Assembly: GCA_038231135.1 (NCBI GenBank)
Contig: JBBRLX010000003.1
Location: forward strand, 1 to 64,000
Length of the DNA: 64,000 nucleotides
From: Candidatus Eiseniibacteriota bacterium
GTDB taxonomy: Bacteria; Eisenbacteria; RBG-16-71-46
Direction of reading: 5' to 3'
Numbering within the stretch: position 1 is the stretch's first letter; every line of letters begins with the position of its first letter. The position numbers and the translations under genes are program-made. The notes below the pieces were generated by a model, which did no database searches, was not told the origin of the DNA, and saw only the letters and a program-made list of their open reading frames with translations. Of this stretch, positions 29,203 to 40,606 are shown piece after piece.

Positions 29203-31980
29203 ATGCCTGACCCACTCGACGCCTTTCAGCAGGCCAACGCTGCCTACCTCGAGCAGCAATACGCGCAATTCCGGCGGGATCCCGCCTCGGTGCCTGCCGA
29301 CTGGGGGACGTTCTTCGCCGGGTTCGAGCTGGGTTCGGGAGGTCAGAGTCCGGCCGGTGGTCCGCAGGCCGGAGGCGTGTTCGGGCTGGTGTTCGCCTAC
29401 CGGGAATTCGGGCACCTGAACGCGGACATCAATCCGCTCGAGCGGCCCCCCGGCGCCCATCCGCTGCTCGCGCTCGAGAACTACGGACTCGGCGCCTCGG
29501 ATCTGGATTCGCCCGTCGGGCAGCATCCGTTCCGCGGCCCGTTCGCGGGCGGCACACTGCGCGACCTGATCGCGGCGCTGCGCACCACGTACTGCGGCAC
29601 GCTCGGCGTCGAGTACATGGCGGTGCCGGAGGCGGAGCGGCGGGAATGGCTGCAGGACCGCATGGAATCGGGGCTCAATCGCCCCGCACTCACCGCCGCG
29701 GACCGGATCGGGACGCTGCGCGGCCTCGTCACGGCCGACGTGTTCGAGCAGTTCCTGCACGTGAAATACGTCGGGCAGAAGCGATTCTCGCTCGAGGGCG
29801 CGGCCTCACTCATCCCGATGCTCGACACGCTGCTCGAGTCGCTCGCGGCGATGGACGTGGAGCAGGTCGTGATCGGCATGCCGCACCGCGGCCGGCTCAA
29901 CGTGCTGGCGAACGTGCTGCACAAGCCGCTCGAGCTGATGTTCAGCGAATTCGAGTCGTCGTTTGCGCCCGCCGACGTGCAGGGCCACGGGGACGTGAAG
30001 TACCACATGGGATATTCCGCGCTGTACACGTCGCGCACCGGCCGCGCGATCCACCTCGACCTCAATTTCAACCCCAGCCATCTCGAGTTCGTCAACCCGG
30101 TGGTGCTCGGCTCGGTCCGCGCGCGGCAGGATGTCATGCACGACGAGCCGCGCGCGCACGGGATCCCGGTGCTGATCCACGGCGACGCCGGGTTCTCGGG
30201 GCAGGGGATCGTGCCCGAGACGCTGGCGCTGGCGCAGCTGCCGGCCTATCGCACCGGCGGCACGATCCATATCATCGTGAACAATCAGGTCGGATTCACC
30301 ACCTCGCCCGAGGACGTGCGCATCACGTCCTACGCCACGGACATCGCGAAGGTGGTGAAGGCCCCGGTGTTCCACGTGAACGGCGACGATCCCGAGGCCA
30401 CGGTGCACGCGATCCGGCTGGCGGCGGCCTACCGCGGCGCGTTCCAGTCCGACGCGTTCATCGACCTGGTGTGCTACCGCAAGCACGGTCATAACGAGCT
30501 CGACGATCCCACGTTCACCCAGCCCGTGATGTACCGCAAGATCGCGGGCCACGTGCCGGCGGCGAAGCAGTATGCGCAGCGGCTGATCGCGGACGGAGTG
30601 CTCGACGCCGCGGCGGTCACCGCCATGGAGCACGAGTTCGACGAACGGCTGCAGACCGCCTACCGGCGGACCCGCGCCGAGATCACGCTGAACGACGAGG
30701 TGCCGCTCGGCGGTGCGTGGAACGGGTTCGAATGGGCCGGCGCCGACTGGAGCGCGCGGACCGCGGTCGACCGCGCCACGCTCGAACGCGTGATCCGCAG
30801 CGCCGCGGTGCTGCCGCCCGGGTTCCACCCGCATCCCAAGATCGCGCGACTGCTGGCCGAGCGGATCAAGATGGTCGAGGAGGACCGCATCGACTGGGGC
30901 ACGGGCGAGGTGATGGCGCTGGGATCGCTGCTGCTCGAGCGGTTCGATGTGCGCCTGGCCGGCCAGGATACCGGCCGCGGCACGTTCAGCCACCGGCACG
31001 CGATGCTGCACGACTTCGAGAACGGCCAGCGACATGTGCCGCTCCAGCACCTGGCCCGGGACCAGGGCCGGTTCGAGGTGATCGACACCCTGCTGAGCGA
31101 GGCGGCCGTGCTCGGTTTCGAATACGGCTACAGCACGGCGGATCCCAACACGCTGGTGCTGTGGGAGGCCCAGTTCGGGGACTTCGCGAACGTCGCGCAG
31201 GTGTACATCGACCAGTTCCTCGCGAGCGCCGAGTCCAAGTGGCGGCGGATGTCGGGCATCGTGATGCTGCTGCCGCACGGTTACGAGGGGCAGGGCCCCG
31301 AGCACTCCAGCGCGCGCCTCGAGCGGTTCCTCGAGTTGTGCGCGAACGGCAATCTGCAGGTGTGCAACCTCACGACCCCGGCGCAGTTGTTCCACGCCTG
31401 GCGGCGGCAGCAGCATCGGAAGTTCCGCAAGCCGCTCGTGATCATGAGCCCCAAGAGCCTGCTGCGCCACCGGCGCGCGGTCTCGGCGCTCGAGGACTTC
31501 ACCGCGGGGGAGTTCCAGACCGTGATCGACGACCGCGCGGTGCGCGATCCGGCCGCGGTGCGGGCGGTGCTGCTGGTGTCGGGCAAGTTCTATTACACGC
31601 TGATCGAGGCGCGCGATGCGCGCGGCGCGGCGGACGACCTCGCGGTCGTGCGGGTGGAGCAGATGTATCCGTTCCCGCGCGCCGAGCTCGAGGCCGTGCT
31701 CGCGCGCTACCCGCAGGCGCACGAACTGCGCTGGGTCCAGGAGGAGCCGGCGAACATGGGTGCCTGGCGCAATCTGCGGCACCGGATCGAGGCCATGCTG
31801 CCCGAGCGGTTCTCGCTGCGGCTGATGTCGCGCAAGGGCTCGCCCACGCCCGCCACGGGCTACTACCACATGCACGTCGAGCAGGAACGGTTGCTGCTCG
31901 AGCGCGCGCTCGCCACCGGCGACGCTGTCGACGCGCGGCGGCCGCGACAGGCGCGGACGCGCCGGCGGGTGCCGCGATGA
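29203..31980 (+). CDS. sucA: 2-oxoglutarate dehydrogenase E1
   Basis: [58 protein letters not shown]. Confidence 0.96.
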   Translation: MPDPLDAFQQANAAYLEQQYAQFRRDPASVPADWGTFFAGFELGSGGQSPAGGPQAGGVFGLVFAYREFGHLNADINPLERPPGAHPLLALENYGLGASDLDSPVGQHPFRGPFAGGTLRDLIAALRTTYCGTLGVEYMAVPEAERREWLQDRMESGLNRPALTAADRIGTLRGLVTADVFEQFLHVKYVGQKRFSLEGAASLIPMLDTLLESLAAMDVEQVVIGMPHRGRLNVLANVLHKPLELMFSEFESSFAPADVQGHGDVKYHMGYSALYTSRTGRAIHLDLNFNPSHLEFVNPVVLGSVRARQDVMHDEPRAHGIPVLIHGDAGFSGQGIVPETLALAQLPAYRTGGTIHIIVNNQVGFTTSPEDVRITSYATDIAKVVKAPVFHVNGDDPEATVHAIRLAAAYRGAFQSDAFIDLVCYRKHGHNELDDPTFTQPVMYRKIAGHVPAAKQYAQRLIADGVLDAAAVTAMEHEFDERLQTAYRRTRAEITLNDEVPLGGAWNGFEWAGADWSARTAVDRATLERVIRSAAVLPPGFHPHPKIARLLAERIKMVEEDRIDWGTGEVMALGSLLLERFDVRLAGQDTGRGTFSHRHAMLHDFENGQRHVPLQHLARDQGRFEVIDTLLSEAAVLGFEYGYSTADPNTLVLWEAQFGDFANVAQVYIDQFLASAESKWRRMSGIVMLLPHGYEGQGPEHSSARLERFLELCANGNLQVCNLTTPAQLFHAWRRQQHRKFRKPLVIMSPKSLLRHRRAVSALEDFTAGEFQTVIDDRAVRDPAAVRAVLLVSGKFYYTLIEARDARGAADDLAVVRVEQMYPFPRAELEAVLARYPQAHELRWVQEEPANMGAWRNLRHRIEAMLPERFSLRLMSRKGSPTPATGYYHMHVEQERLLLERALATGDAVDARRPRQARTRRRVPR

Positions 31981-32020
31981 CCCGGCATCGCACGTGGTCC
32001 GCGAGCTGCGAGGAACGATC

Positions 32021-33430
32021 ATGAGCGTCGACGTCCAGGTCCCCCGGCTCGCGGAGTCGATTTCGGACGCGGTGCTCGTGGAGTGGCTGCGCGCCGACGG
32101 CGCCACCGTGAAGGCCGACGAGCCGATCGCGACGCTCGAGACCGACAAGGCCGCGGTCGAGATCGCCGCCACCGAGCCGGGCGTGCTGCGCCACGCGCGC
32201 GCCGTGGGGGAAACGGTGCTGGTCGGCGACGTGATCGCGCGGATCGACGCCGGCGGCGCGGACGGTTCGAAGCCGGCGCCGGTGGCCGGCGCGTCCGCCG
32301 CTGCGAAGCCGCCGGCGCCCGCGAGGATGCCGGTGGGTGCGAGTGCGTCCGCCCTCTCGCTCCCGAGTCCACCCGCGGCGGTGCCCGCGGCCGCGGTGAG
32401 TCCACCCGTCGCCGGTGCTGCGAATGCGGCCGCCTCGGCCGCCGGACCGCCCCCGAACGGCGGTGTCACGACCCCCGATGCGCCGTTGTCGCCGGCGGTG
32501 CGGCGGCTGGTCGAGGAGCATCACCTCGAACCGGCCACGATCCCGGCCAGTGGCCGGGGCGGGCGGCTGCTCAAGGAGGACGTGCTGCGCCACCTCGAGA
32601 GCGCATCCGCGCCGGGCGCCGTTTCCGCGCCGTCAACGCCCACGCCGCCCGGGATACCGGCTCCGGCGATCGCACAGGCGTCCGCGCCGGATCCGGCCGC
32701 CGCCGTTCGCCCGCCGGCCGCCGCGCCGTCCGCGGACGAGCGCGTGGTGCCGATGAGCCGGCTGCGCCAGCGCATCGCCGAACGCCTGGTCCAGGCGCAG
32801 CACACCGCGGCGATCCTGACGACATTCAACGAGATCGACATGACCGCGGTGCTGGAGTTGCGCGCGCGGCACAAGGACGCCTTCGAGCGCCGGCACGGCG
32901 TCAAGCTCGGCTTCATGGGCCTGTTCACGCGCGCCTGTGTGCATGCGCTCGAGGACGTGCCCGAGCTGAACGCCGAGATCCGCGGCACCGATATCCTGTA
33001 CCGGCGCCGCGTCCACATGGGTGTCGCCGTCGGCACGCCGCGCGGGCTCGTGGTGCCGGTGGTGCGGGACGCGCACGCGCTCACGCTCGACGGCATCGAG
33101 CGCGAGATCGGGCGGCTCGCGGTGCGCGCGAAGGACGGCACGCTGTCGCTCGACGAGCTGACGGGCGGCACGTTCACGATCTCGAACGGCGGCGTCTACG
33201 GCTCGCTGCTGTCGACGCCGATCCTCAATCCGCCGCAGAGCGGCATCCTCGGCATGCACAAGATCGAGCGGCGCCCGATCGCGCTCGATACCCAGGTCGT
33301 GATCCGCCCGATGATGTACGTGGCGCTGTCGTACGACCATCGCATCGTCGACGGCGAGCAGGCCGTGACGTTCCTCGTGCGCGTCAAGGAACGCCTCGAA
33401 GACCCCGAGCGCATGCTGCTCAACCTGTGA
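32021..33430 (+). CDS. sucB: Dihydrolipoyllysine-residue succinyltransferase E2
   Basis: Lipoyl motif ETDKA, E3-binding SPAVRRL...GRLLKEDV, catalytic [10 protein letters not shown]. Confidence 0.95.
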   Translation: MSVDVQVPRLAESISDAVLVEWLRADGATVKADEPIATLETDKAAVEIAATEPGVLRHARAVGETVLVGDVIARIDAGGADGSKPAPVAGASAAAKPPAPARMPVGASASALSLPSPPAAVPAAAVSPPVAGAANAAASAAGPPPNGGVTTPDAPLSPAVRRLVEEHHLEPATIPASGRGGRLLKEDVLRHLESASAPGAVSAPSTPTPPGIPAPAIAQASAPDPAAAVRPPAAAPSADERVVPMSRLRQRIAERLVQAQHTAAILTTFNEIDMTAVLELRARHKDAFERRHGVKLGFMGLFTRACVHALEDVPELNAEIRGTDILYRRRVHMGVAVGTPRGLVVPVVRDAHALTLDGIEREIGRLAVRAKDGTLSLDELTGGTFTISNGGVYGSLLSTPILNPPQSGILGMHKIERRPIALDTQVVIRPMMYVALSYDHRIVDGEQAVTFLVRVKERLEDPERMLLNL

Positions 33431-33482
33431 CTCCGGCGCGCGTCCCGATGATCCCCGATCGATCGACTCCGAGCGTGCCCGC

Positions 33483-34934
33483 GTGACCGCCACCGATTTC
33501 GACCTGATCGTGATCGGCTCGGGCCCCGGCGGCTACATTGCCGCGATTCGCGCGGCCCAGCTCGGCCTCAAGACCGCGTGCATCGAGAAGTACCCGTCGC
33601 TCGGCGGCACGTGCCTGAACGTTGGCTGCATCCCGAGCAAGGCGCTGCTCGAGTCCAGCGAGCACTTCGCGCTCGCGCGCCACGGGTTCGCCGCCCACGG
33701 CATCCGCGCCACGGTCGAGCTCGACCTGCCGAAGATGCTGGCACGCAAGGACGCGGTGGTGAAGCAGCTCACGCGCGGCGTCGAGACGCTGTTCAGGAGC
33801 CACGGCGTGACGCGCCTCGCGGGCACGGGCCGCATCGTGTCGCCGGGAATCGTCGAGGTCACCCCGGCGCCGGGCGCCGCGCCGGATGCGCAGGCGAAGC
33901 GCTACACCACGGCACGCATCCTGATCGCCACCGGCAGCAAGCCGGTCGCGCTGCCGGGCATCGCGTTCGACGACCGGCGCATCGTGCATGCGACGCAGGC
34001 GCTCGAGCTGACGGAGGTGCCCGGGCGGCTCGGCGTGATCGGCGCGGGCGCGATCGGGCTCGAGCTCGGGTCGGTGTGGAACCGGCTGGGAGCCGAGGTC
34101 ACGGTGTATGAGTTCCAGGACCGGGTGGTGCCGGGCATGGACCGCGAGAGCGGGATTCTGCTGCGCAAGTCGCTCGAGCGGCAGGGCATGAAGTTCGAGT
34201 TCGGCGCGTCCGCCCGCGCCGCGAAGCTCGACGGGGACGTGGTGCGCCTCACGATCGAGCAGGGCGGCGCCACCCGCGACGTGGAGTGCGACGTGCTGCT
34301 GGTCGCGGTCGGCCGCCGGCCCTACAGCGACGGGCTCGGAGCCCGCGAAGCCGGCGTGGCGTACGACGATCACGGGCGCATCACCGTCGACGACGCGTAC
34401 CGCACGTCGGTGGCCGGCATCTGGGCCATCGGCGACGTGATCGCGGGGCCGATGCTTGCGCACAAGGCCGAGGAGGAGGGCGTCGCCGCGGTCGAGATCA
34501 TGGCTGGTCTCGCGGGCCACGTCGCCTACGAATGCGTGCCGAACATCGTCTACACGTGGCCCGAGCTCGCGAGCGTGGGGCTGACCGAGGACGAGGCCGC
34601 CGCGCGCGGCCCGATCCACGTCGGCCGGTTCCCGTTCCTCGCCAACGGCCGCGCGAAGACCATGGAGGAACGCGAGGGCCAGGTGAAGATCATCGCGGAC
34701 GCCGCGACCGACCGCATCCTCGGCGCCCACATCGTGGGGCCGCGGGCGAGCGACGTGATCGCCGAGCTGGCGGTGGCGATGGAGTTCGGCGCGAGCGCCG
34801 AGGACGTGGCGCGCTCGGTGCACGCGCATCCCACGCTGTCCGAAGCGGTGAAGGAGGCGGCGCTCGCCGTCGGCAAGCGCTCGATCCACCTGGGGCGGGA
34901 CCCGGGCGCCGCCCCGGTGCCGCCGCGGCCATAG
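33483..34934 (+). CDS. lpdA: Dihydrolipoyl dehydrogenase E3
   Basis: GSGPGGY, GGTCLNVGCIPSK, HAHPTLSE. Confidence 0.96.
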   Translation: MTATDFDLIVIGSGPGGYIAAIRAAQLGLKTACIEKYPSLGGTCLNVGCIPSKALLESSEHFALARHGFAAHGIRATVELDLPKMLARKDAVVKQLTRGVETLFRSHGVTRLAGTGRIVSPGIVEVTPAPGAAPDAQAKRYTTARILIATGSKPVALPGIAFDDRRIVHATQALELTEVPGRLGVIGAGAIGLELGSVWNRLGAEVTVYEFQDRVVPGMDRESGILLRKSLERQGMKFEFGASARAAKLDGDVVRLTIEQGGATRDVECDVLLVAVGRRPYSDGLGAREAGVAYDDHGRITVDDAYRTSVAGIWAIGDVIAGPMLAHKAEEEGVAAVEIMAGLAGHVAYECVPNIVYTWPELASVGLTEDEAAARGPIHVGRFPFLANGRAKTMEEREGQVKIIADAATDRILGAHIVGPRASDVIAELAVAMEFGASAEDVARSVHAHPTLSEAVKEAALAVGKRSIHLGRDPGAAPVPPRP

Positions 34935-34937
34935 ATC

Positions 34938-35792
34938 ATGCGACTCACGCTCGGGGACTGGACGCTCACGCCGGTCGAGACCGGCTTCCTGTGGCTCGAC
35001 GGCGGCTCGATGTTCGGATCGGTGCCGAAGCCGTTGTGGAGCCGCACGAATCCGCCCGATGAGCGCAACCGCATCCGGCTCGCCATGCGCTGCCTGCTCG
35101 CCGAGGGGCACGGCCGCCGCGTGCTGGTGGACGATGGACTGGGCGACAAGTTCCCGGACAAGCTGGTCGAGATCTATCGCGTCGAACAGGACCCGGTCCG
35201 GCTCGAGCGCTCACTCGCGGCGCACGGCCTCGGAATCGGCGACATCACCGACGTGGTGCTCACGCATCTGCACTTCGATCACGCCGGCGGCTCGACCGCG
35301 CGTGACGGCGACCGCCTGGTGCCGCGACTGCCGAACGCCCGCTACTACGTGCAACGCCGCAACTGGGAGAACGCCATGCACCCGAACCCGCGCGAGCGGG
35401 CGTCCTACCTGCCCGAGAACTTCGTGCCGCTCCTGGAGGCCGGCCGGCTCGAGCTGTGGCACGGCGTGCAATCGCCATGGCCGGGCTTCGAGCTGGTGCT
35501 CGCCGATGGCCACACGCGCGGGCAGCAGCTGCCGCGGTTCTCGGGCCCCGAGGGCGCCGCCTACTTCGTCGCCGACCTGATCCCCACCGCCGCGCACGTG
35601 CGCATTCCGTTCGTGATGGGTTACGACGTCGCCGCGATCGAGACGATGGAGGAGAAGCGCACGCTGCTCACGCGTGCGTGCGCCGAGGGTGCGTGGATCT
35701 GCCTCGAGCACGATCCCGCCATCGCGTGGGCGCGGCCCGCGGTGGATGGTGACGATTTCAATTGGGCCGAAACCGTGCCGGCGGGGAGCTGA
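34938..35792 (+). CDS. MBL-fold metallo-hydrolase (YtnP-like)
   Basis: LDGGSMFG, THLHFDHAGG, GHT, ADLIP, MGYD, HD. Confidence 0.9.
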   Translation: MRLTLGDWTLTPVETGFLWLDGGSMFGSVPKPLWSRTNPPDERNRIRLAMRCLLAEGHGRRVLVDDGLGDKFPDKLVEIYRVEQDPVRLERSLAAHGLGIGDITDVVLTHLHFDHAGGSTARDGDRLVPRLPNARYYVQRRNWENAMHPNPRERASYLPENFVPLLEAGRLELWHGVQSPWPGFELVLADGHTRGQQLPRFSGPEGAAYFVADLIPTAAHVRIPFVMGYDVAAIETMEEKRTLLTRACAEGAWICLEHDPAIAWARPAVDGDDFNWAETVPAGS

Positions 35793-35794
35793 CC

Positions 35795-36445
35795 ATGTTC
35801 CATGACCTGCTCGCCACCTGGTTCCGGCTGGCGCTCGCGTGGGGTTACGGCGGGGTGTTCCTGATGATGGCGATCGAATCGACCGTGTTCCCGCTGCCCA
35901 GCGAGGTGGTGATTCCGCCCGCGGCGTACTGGGCCGCGCAGGGTCATCTGAGCTTTTGGGGCGTGGTCGCGGCCGCGACGCTCGGGTCGTGGGCGGGAGC
36001 GGCCATCTCCTATGGCGTCGCGGCCCGGCTCGGGCGCCCGCTCATCCTGAAATACGGCCGGTTCGTGATGGTGACGGAGAGCAAGTGGTTGCTCGCGGAG
36101 CGCTGGATCCAGCGCTACTCCGCGGGTGGCGTGTTCTTCGCGCGGCTGCTGCCGGTGGTGCGGCACCTGGTGTCGCTGCCCGCGGGCGCGGCCCGGATGC
36201 CGTTCGGCAGGTTCTCGCTGATGACGCTGCTCGGGTCCGCGCTGTGGAGCACCGTGCTCGCGTGGTTCGGAGCGCGGGTGCTGGCCGACCAGCCGCGGCT
36301 GCTCGATGATCCCGACGCACTGGTGCACGTGCTCAAGGACAAGCTGATCTGGTTCGTGGGCGCCGCCGCGGTCCTGCTGGTGCTGTACGTGGCCGTGGAC
36401 CTGATCGGCCGCCGGCTCAAGCGCTCGGCCGCAGCATCGGGCTGA
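35795..36445 (+). CDS. DedA family membrane protein
   Basis: MAIESTVFPLPSEVVIPPA...ARLLPVVRHLVSLPAG. Confidence 0.92.
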   Translation: MFHDLLATWFRLALAWGYGGVFLMMAIESTVFPLPSEVVIPPAAYWAAQGHLSFWGVVAAATLGSWAGAAISYGVAARLGRPLILKYGRFVMVTESKWLLAERWIQRYSAGGVFFARLLPVVRHLVSLPAGAARMPFGRFSLMTLLGSALWSTVLAWFGARVLADQPRLLDDPDALVHVLKDKLIWFVGAAAVLLVLYVAVDLIGRRLKRSAAASG

Positions 36446-36453
36446 ACGACAGC

Positions 36454-36483
36454 GCGGCGGGCCCGGAACCCCGGACCCGCCGC
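36454..36483. terminator. Hairpin between convergent genes
   Basis: GCGGCGGGCCCGG-AACC-CCGGACCCGCCGC, 13-bp stem with one mismatch. Confidence 0.5.
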
Positions 36484-36514
36484 CTGTTCGAGAACTGCCG
36501 CGCTTCGCCTGCGA

Positions 36515-37099
36515 CTACTTCCACAGATAGACGTGGAAGCCGATCGTCGTGAAGTTGTTGCCGAACGTCTGGAAGCGCGTTTCCTTGGTGGCACCTGCCA
36601 GATCGGGCTTGGCGCTTTCGTAGGCCACGCCGTGCGTCGCCGAGACGCTCACGTTCGGAACCAGGAACACCTCGGCTTCCAGCTCGCCCGTGACCGCCCA
36701 TACGTTGAGTTTGTACTTTATGGGGTTCCCGAGTGCATCGATGGCATCGTTCTGGTCCGTGCTCAAGTACTCGAAACCGGGGCGAAAGATGAACGTCGCC
36801 CGTTCCCATTTCTTGACCGCCAACGGCACGCCCACCTCGGTGGCGAACGTGTTCAGCGTGACGGTCTCGTCCTCGAACCCCGGGTTCTTGATCGATTGGA
36901 ATCCGACCGCCAGATCGAGACCGGCTCTGTCCGACAGCCACCACCGGATACCGATCGGGGCGTCGCCGGTGTGGAAGCCCAGACCGCCGCGATTCATCTG
37001 GGAATCGCCCGACATCGTTTCGGCCGCCGCGGATGAGAACGTGATCGCAGTTGCCAGCACAGCCAGCACTCCCAACACCGACATGATATGACGCTTCAT
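36515..37099 (-). CDS. Outer-membrane beta-barrel protein, unknown function
   Basis: GGAGG RBS, signal peptide, amphipathic strands, C-terminal GFHVYLWK. Confidence 0.7.
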   Translation of the reverse strand: MKRHIMSVLGVLAVLATAITFSSAAAETMSGDSQMNRGGLGFHTGDAPIGIRWWLSDRAGLDLAVGFQSIKNPGFEDETVTLNTFATEVGVPLAVKKWERATFIFRPGFEYLSTDQNDAIDALGNPIKYKLNVWAVTGELEAEVFLVPNVSVSATHGVAYESAKPDLAGATKETRFQTFGNNFTTIGFHVYLWK

Positions 37100-37477
37100 G
37101 GAGTCCTCCGTGAATGATGCAAATCACCGCACTCCGGACCGGACGGACCGGGAGCAGGATCGAGCAGCCGAGTGGTGAACCGGGGTGATGCGACCTGCTC
37201 GGGGTCACCTCCTTTGTGTTTCGCCGAATGACCCCACGCTCCGGAGACATCCTGTCCCTCGGGTGAGCGCGGATCGGCAGTGCGAGCCAGGGCACTGAGC
37301 GGGAGTTTTGAAGCTGGCGGCGCGAAAGTCAAGCACGCAATCGCTGCCAACGGACGCAACCACCGCCGGTTGCGGGCGGCCAGCCGCGGGTGGTCCGACC
37401 GCATTCCGTTTGGAGCGCCCGCCGCCGATGCATTAGGGTCGATTGGTATTCGCGGCGCAATCACCGGAGGGAACGCG

Positions 37478-38587
37478 ATGCCAGGCGTCGAGCTCGACAA
37501 GGTCAGCAAGATCTACGCGCGCGGCCAGAAGGCCGTCGACAGCGTCACGCTGAGCATCGCGGACGGCGAGTTGCTCGTGCTCGTCGGCCCGTCCGGGTGC
37601 GGCAAGTCCACGCTGCTGCGGATGATCGCGGGCCTCGAGGAGGTCTCGGAGGGCACGATCCGCATCGGCTCCCGGGTGGTGAACGACGTGGCGCCGCGGG
37701 ATCGCGACATCGCGATGGTGTTCCAGAACTACGCGCTCTATCCGCACATGACCGTGTTCGAGAACATGGCGTTCGGGCTGCGTCGTCGCAAGACGCCCGA
37801 GCCCGAGGTTTCGCAGCGCGTCAACGCCGCAGCGAACATGCTGGGCCTCGAGTCGTACCTGCAGCGCCGGCCGCGGGAGCTGTCGGGCGGCGAGCGCCAG
37901 CGCGTGGCGCTCGGCCGGGCCATGGTGCGCAACCCGCAGGTGTTCCTGTTCGACGAACCGCTGTCGAACCTCGACGCCAAGCTCCGCGTCCAGATGCGCG
38001 CCGAGATCAAGCGCCTGCACCAGCGGGTGCACTCGACGATGATCTACGTGACGCACGACCAGACCGAGGCCATGACGCTCGGCGATCGGATCGTGGTGCT
38101 GCGCAAGGGCGTGGTGCAGCAGACGGCGGACCCGGTGACGCTCTACCAGCGGCCCGCGAACCAGTTCGTGGCCGGCTTCATCGGCAGCCCGCCGATCAAT
38201 TTCTTCTCGGGGAAGCTGAGCGCCGAGGGCCAGGCACTGGCCGTCGCCACCGCCGGCGCGACGATTTCGCTGGGCGGCGACCTCGCGCCGCGGCTCGCCG
38301 GGAATCGCGGCGGCGCGGTGACGGTGGGGATCCGTCCCGAGGACCTGACGCTCGAGCCTGCGGGTCCCGGCGGCCGGATCGAGGCGCGCGTCGAGGTGCG
38401 CGAACCGCTGGGGAACGAGGTGCTGGTGCATTGGACCACGCCGATGGGCGAACTGCTGTCCCGCGTGCCCGGCCAGGTGGCGCCGCGCGAGGGCGACACC
38501 GCGACGCTGCACTTCGCGTTCGCGAAGCTCCACTTCTTCGACCCCGAGAGCGAGCGGGCGCTGGACGGAGCGCTCGCGACGGTGTGA
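37478..38587 (+). CDS. MalK/UgpC-type sugar ABC transporter ATP-binding protein
   Basis: GPSGCGKST, VFQNYALYPH, LSGGERQR, DEPLSNLDA, YVTHDQ, C-terminal TOBE-like region. Confidence 0.93.
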   Translation: MPGVELDKVSKIYARGQKAVDSVTLSIADGELLVLVGPSGCGKSTLLRMIAGLEEVSEGTIRIGSRVVNDVAPRDRDIAMVFQNYALYPHMTVFENMAFGLRRRKTPEPEVSQRVNAAANMLGLESYLQRRPRELSGGERQRVALGRAMVRNPQVFLFDEPLSNLDAKLRVQMRAEIKRLHQRVHSTMIYVTHDQTEAMTLGDRIVVLRKGVVQQTADPVTLYQRPANQFVAGFIGSPPINFFSGKLSAEGQALAVATAGATISLGGDLAPRLAGNRGGAVTVGIRPEDLTLEPAGPGGRIEARVEVREPLGNEVLVHWTTPMGELLSRVPGQVAPREGDTATLHFAFAKLHFFDPESERALDGALATV

Positions 38588-38618
38588 TGCGGGCGGAGGC
38601 GTCGGCCCCCGACTCGCC

Positions 38619-39758
38619 TCAGCGTGCCGTCAGCCGCTGAACGAACCAGCACGCTCCGGCGGCGATGATGATCAACGCTGTCACCGTCACCAGCCGGTCC
38701 CCGATCACGGGACGCTTGCGTCGCACCCACGCGAACACCGGCGCCACCGCGAGCACGATGCACGCCTGCGCCACCTCGACGCCGAGATTGAACGAGCCGA
38801 GCGCCCAGCCCATGGCCCCCGCCGGCAGGCCGAAATCCCGCAGCACGCTCGCGAAGCCGAAGCCATGGACCAGGCCAAACCCGAACGCGATGCGCGCGCG
38901 CGCGTCACGCCTGCGATGGAGCGCGATCAGTGTCTCGATGCCGATGGTGACGATGCTGAGCGCGATCGCCGGCTCGACGATGCGCGGCGACGGATTCACG
39001 ATCCGGAGCGTGGCGAGGATCAGCGTGATCGTGTGCGCGAGCGTGAACGCCGTGACGATCTTGAGCAGCCGCATCAGGCTGCCGCCGAGCAGCAGCAGCC
39101 CCACGACGAACAGGATGTGATCGGGGCCGATGAAGATGTGATGGATGCCGGCGAGCACGAACGTCCGGATCACGTGCCCCAGGGTCTGCCGCACGCCGGT
39201 GCCCCACGCCCCGGCCGTGTGCTCGTGATCGAGCAGATCCTCGTGGATGAGCTTGCCGTCGGCGTAGATGTTCACGTAGGACTCGTGCGGCGGGTCGTAC
39301 GGGAACAACGGGCCCTTGAGCGCGAGTGTCACCGGCTCGCGCACGTCCGACGTCCACTCGAAGCCGATCGAGCGCTTGGCCGGGACCACGGCGAACGCGC
39401 CGAACCGAGGCCGCACCGGCTTGCCGTCGGCCTCGAGCTGCAGGTGCGAATCGATCACCTGTTCGAGCGCCGCCAGGTTGCGCCGCGTGAACGCGGCGTC
39501 GAGCAGCGAGTCCGGGACCGGCAGCAGTGCCTCGTGCGCCAGATCGACCACGTGCGCCGTGACGCGGCCGTGCAGCGCCCCGCCGTCGATGCGCACGTCG
39601 ATGAAGCTGTAGGGCTGGGAGTGCGCGCCGGCCGCGGCCGGCAGCAGGAGGCCCAGAGCCGTCGCGAGGATCAGCCCGACTGCGGCGAGCGCACGATCGG
39701 CCCACCGCGCACTGTCGCCCGGGCGGGAACGACGTCCGGCGCCGCCCGGCGCGATCAC
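38619..39758 (-). CDS. HupE/UreJ family membrane protein with periplasmic N-terminal domain
   Basis: GIHHIFIGPDHILF, TAFTLAHTITL, FGLVHGFGFA, FNLGVE. GTGA overlap; start uncertain. Confidence 0.85.
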   Translation of the reverse strand: MIAPGGAGRRSRPGDSARWADRALAAVGLILATALGLLLPAAAGAHSQPYSFIDVRIDGGALHGRVTAHVVDLAHEALLPVPDSLLDAAFTRRNLAALEQVIDSHLQLEADGKPVRPRFGAFAVVPAKRSIGFEWTSDVREPVTLALKGPLFPYDPPHESYVNIYADGKLIHEDLLDHEHTAGAWGTGVRQTLGHVIRTFVLAGIHHIFIGPDHILFVVGLLLLGGSLMRLLKIVTAFTLAHTITLILATLRIVNPSPRIVEPAIALSIVTIGIETLIALHRRRDARARIAFGFGLVHGFGFASVLRDFGLPAGAMGWALGSFNLGVEVAQACIVLAVAPVFAWVRRKRPVIGDRLVTVTALIIIAAGACWFVQRLTAR

Positions 39759-40606
39759 TTCCGGCCCGGGACCCGCGCGAACGTCAGCGACGCCCAGTAG
39801 CTCTCCCAGTCGGCGGAGCGGGGGTCGGAGCTGGGCACCATGTGCACCGCGCTCACCATCCACTCGCCGGTGCCCGACAGCGCCAGCGTCGCGACGCCGT
39901 GGTCGTTCGTGCGCGCGTGCGCGACCGGTCCTACCGAATCGCGCGCGGCGCCGTCCTGCGGCGTCCAGCCATTCGCGAGCTTCTGGTTCCACGCGCGCAC
40001 CAGCGCGCCCGCGAGCGGCTCGCCCTTGAACAGCACGCGCACGGTGAGCGGGCCCGGGCGCGTGGGGTCGGTGGCGGGCACGATCTCGATCGACTGACCC
40101 ACCGGCGTCGTCACGCGCTTCGAGTCCGCGCCCGCGATCCACGTCTTGGGACACCGCGCGTAGCGTTCGCGTCCGTCACCCGCCCTGGCCCCGAGTTTCG
40201 CGCGCTCCGCCAGCGGCTCGTCGAGACCTTCCAGCTTGAGATAGGCGTCGAACTCCGGCGCGGGGAGCTGGATCGTCACGAAGTTCGACTCGTAGGCCGC
40301 CAGCGCGCCACCACCGTCGCTCGCGCGCCAGCGCCCGAAGATCTCGTCGGCGTTCGAGGTCGTCGACCTGAGATCTTCCATCCGGGAGGTCTTCGCGGCC
40401 CACGCGATCGTGCGCGTCGTGGCGTACGGTTTGAGCTCGCCGCGGAACCCGGTGCCCACGTACACCCGCAGTTGCACGCTGTCGCCGGGGGCCGCGTGGT
40501 AGGTCGACGGCGCGAGCCAGAACTCGTGCGCGCGGGCGGGAGCGGCGGCTGCGGCCAGCGCGCACGCGCCGGCCAGCAGCGCGGAGGCGATCGGGACGAG
40601 CTTCAC
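39755..40606 (-). CDS. DUF4198 family periplasmic protein (putative Ni/Co-binding)
   Basis: Signal peptide then AHEFWL. YLKLEGL...ERYARCPK and WESYWASLTF motifs. Confidence 0.8.
   Translation of the reverse strand: MKLVPIASALLAGACALAAAAAPARAHEFWLAPSTYHAAPGDSVQLRVYVGTGFRGELKPYATTRTIAWAAKTSRMEDLRSTTSNADEIFGRWRASDGGGALAAYESNFVTIQLPAPEFDAYLKLEGLDEPLAERAKLGARAGDGRERYARCPKTWIAGADSKRVTTPVGQSIEIVPATDPTRPGPLTVRVLFKGEPLAGALVRAWNQKLANGWTPQDGAARDSVGPVAHARTNDHGVATLALSGTGEWMVSAVHMVPSSDPRSADWESYWASLTFARVPGRK

Noticed and set aside
25527..29210. Long antisense ORFs (also 1332-3443, 29806-32469, 55982-59431)
   Set aside because: They mirror well-supported genes on the opposite strand, as expected from high-GC codon bias, and carry no motifs.
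37335..37350. TGGCAGCGATTGC (minus strand) as a sigma54 promoter
   Set aside because: GG-to-GC spacing is 8 nt, not the required 10.
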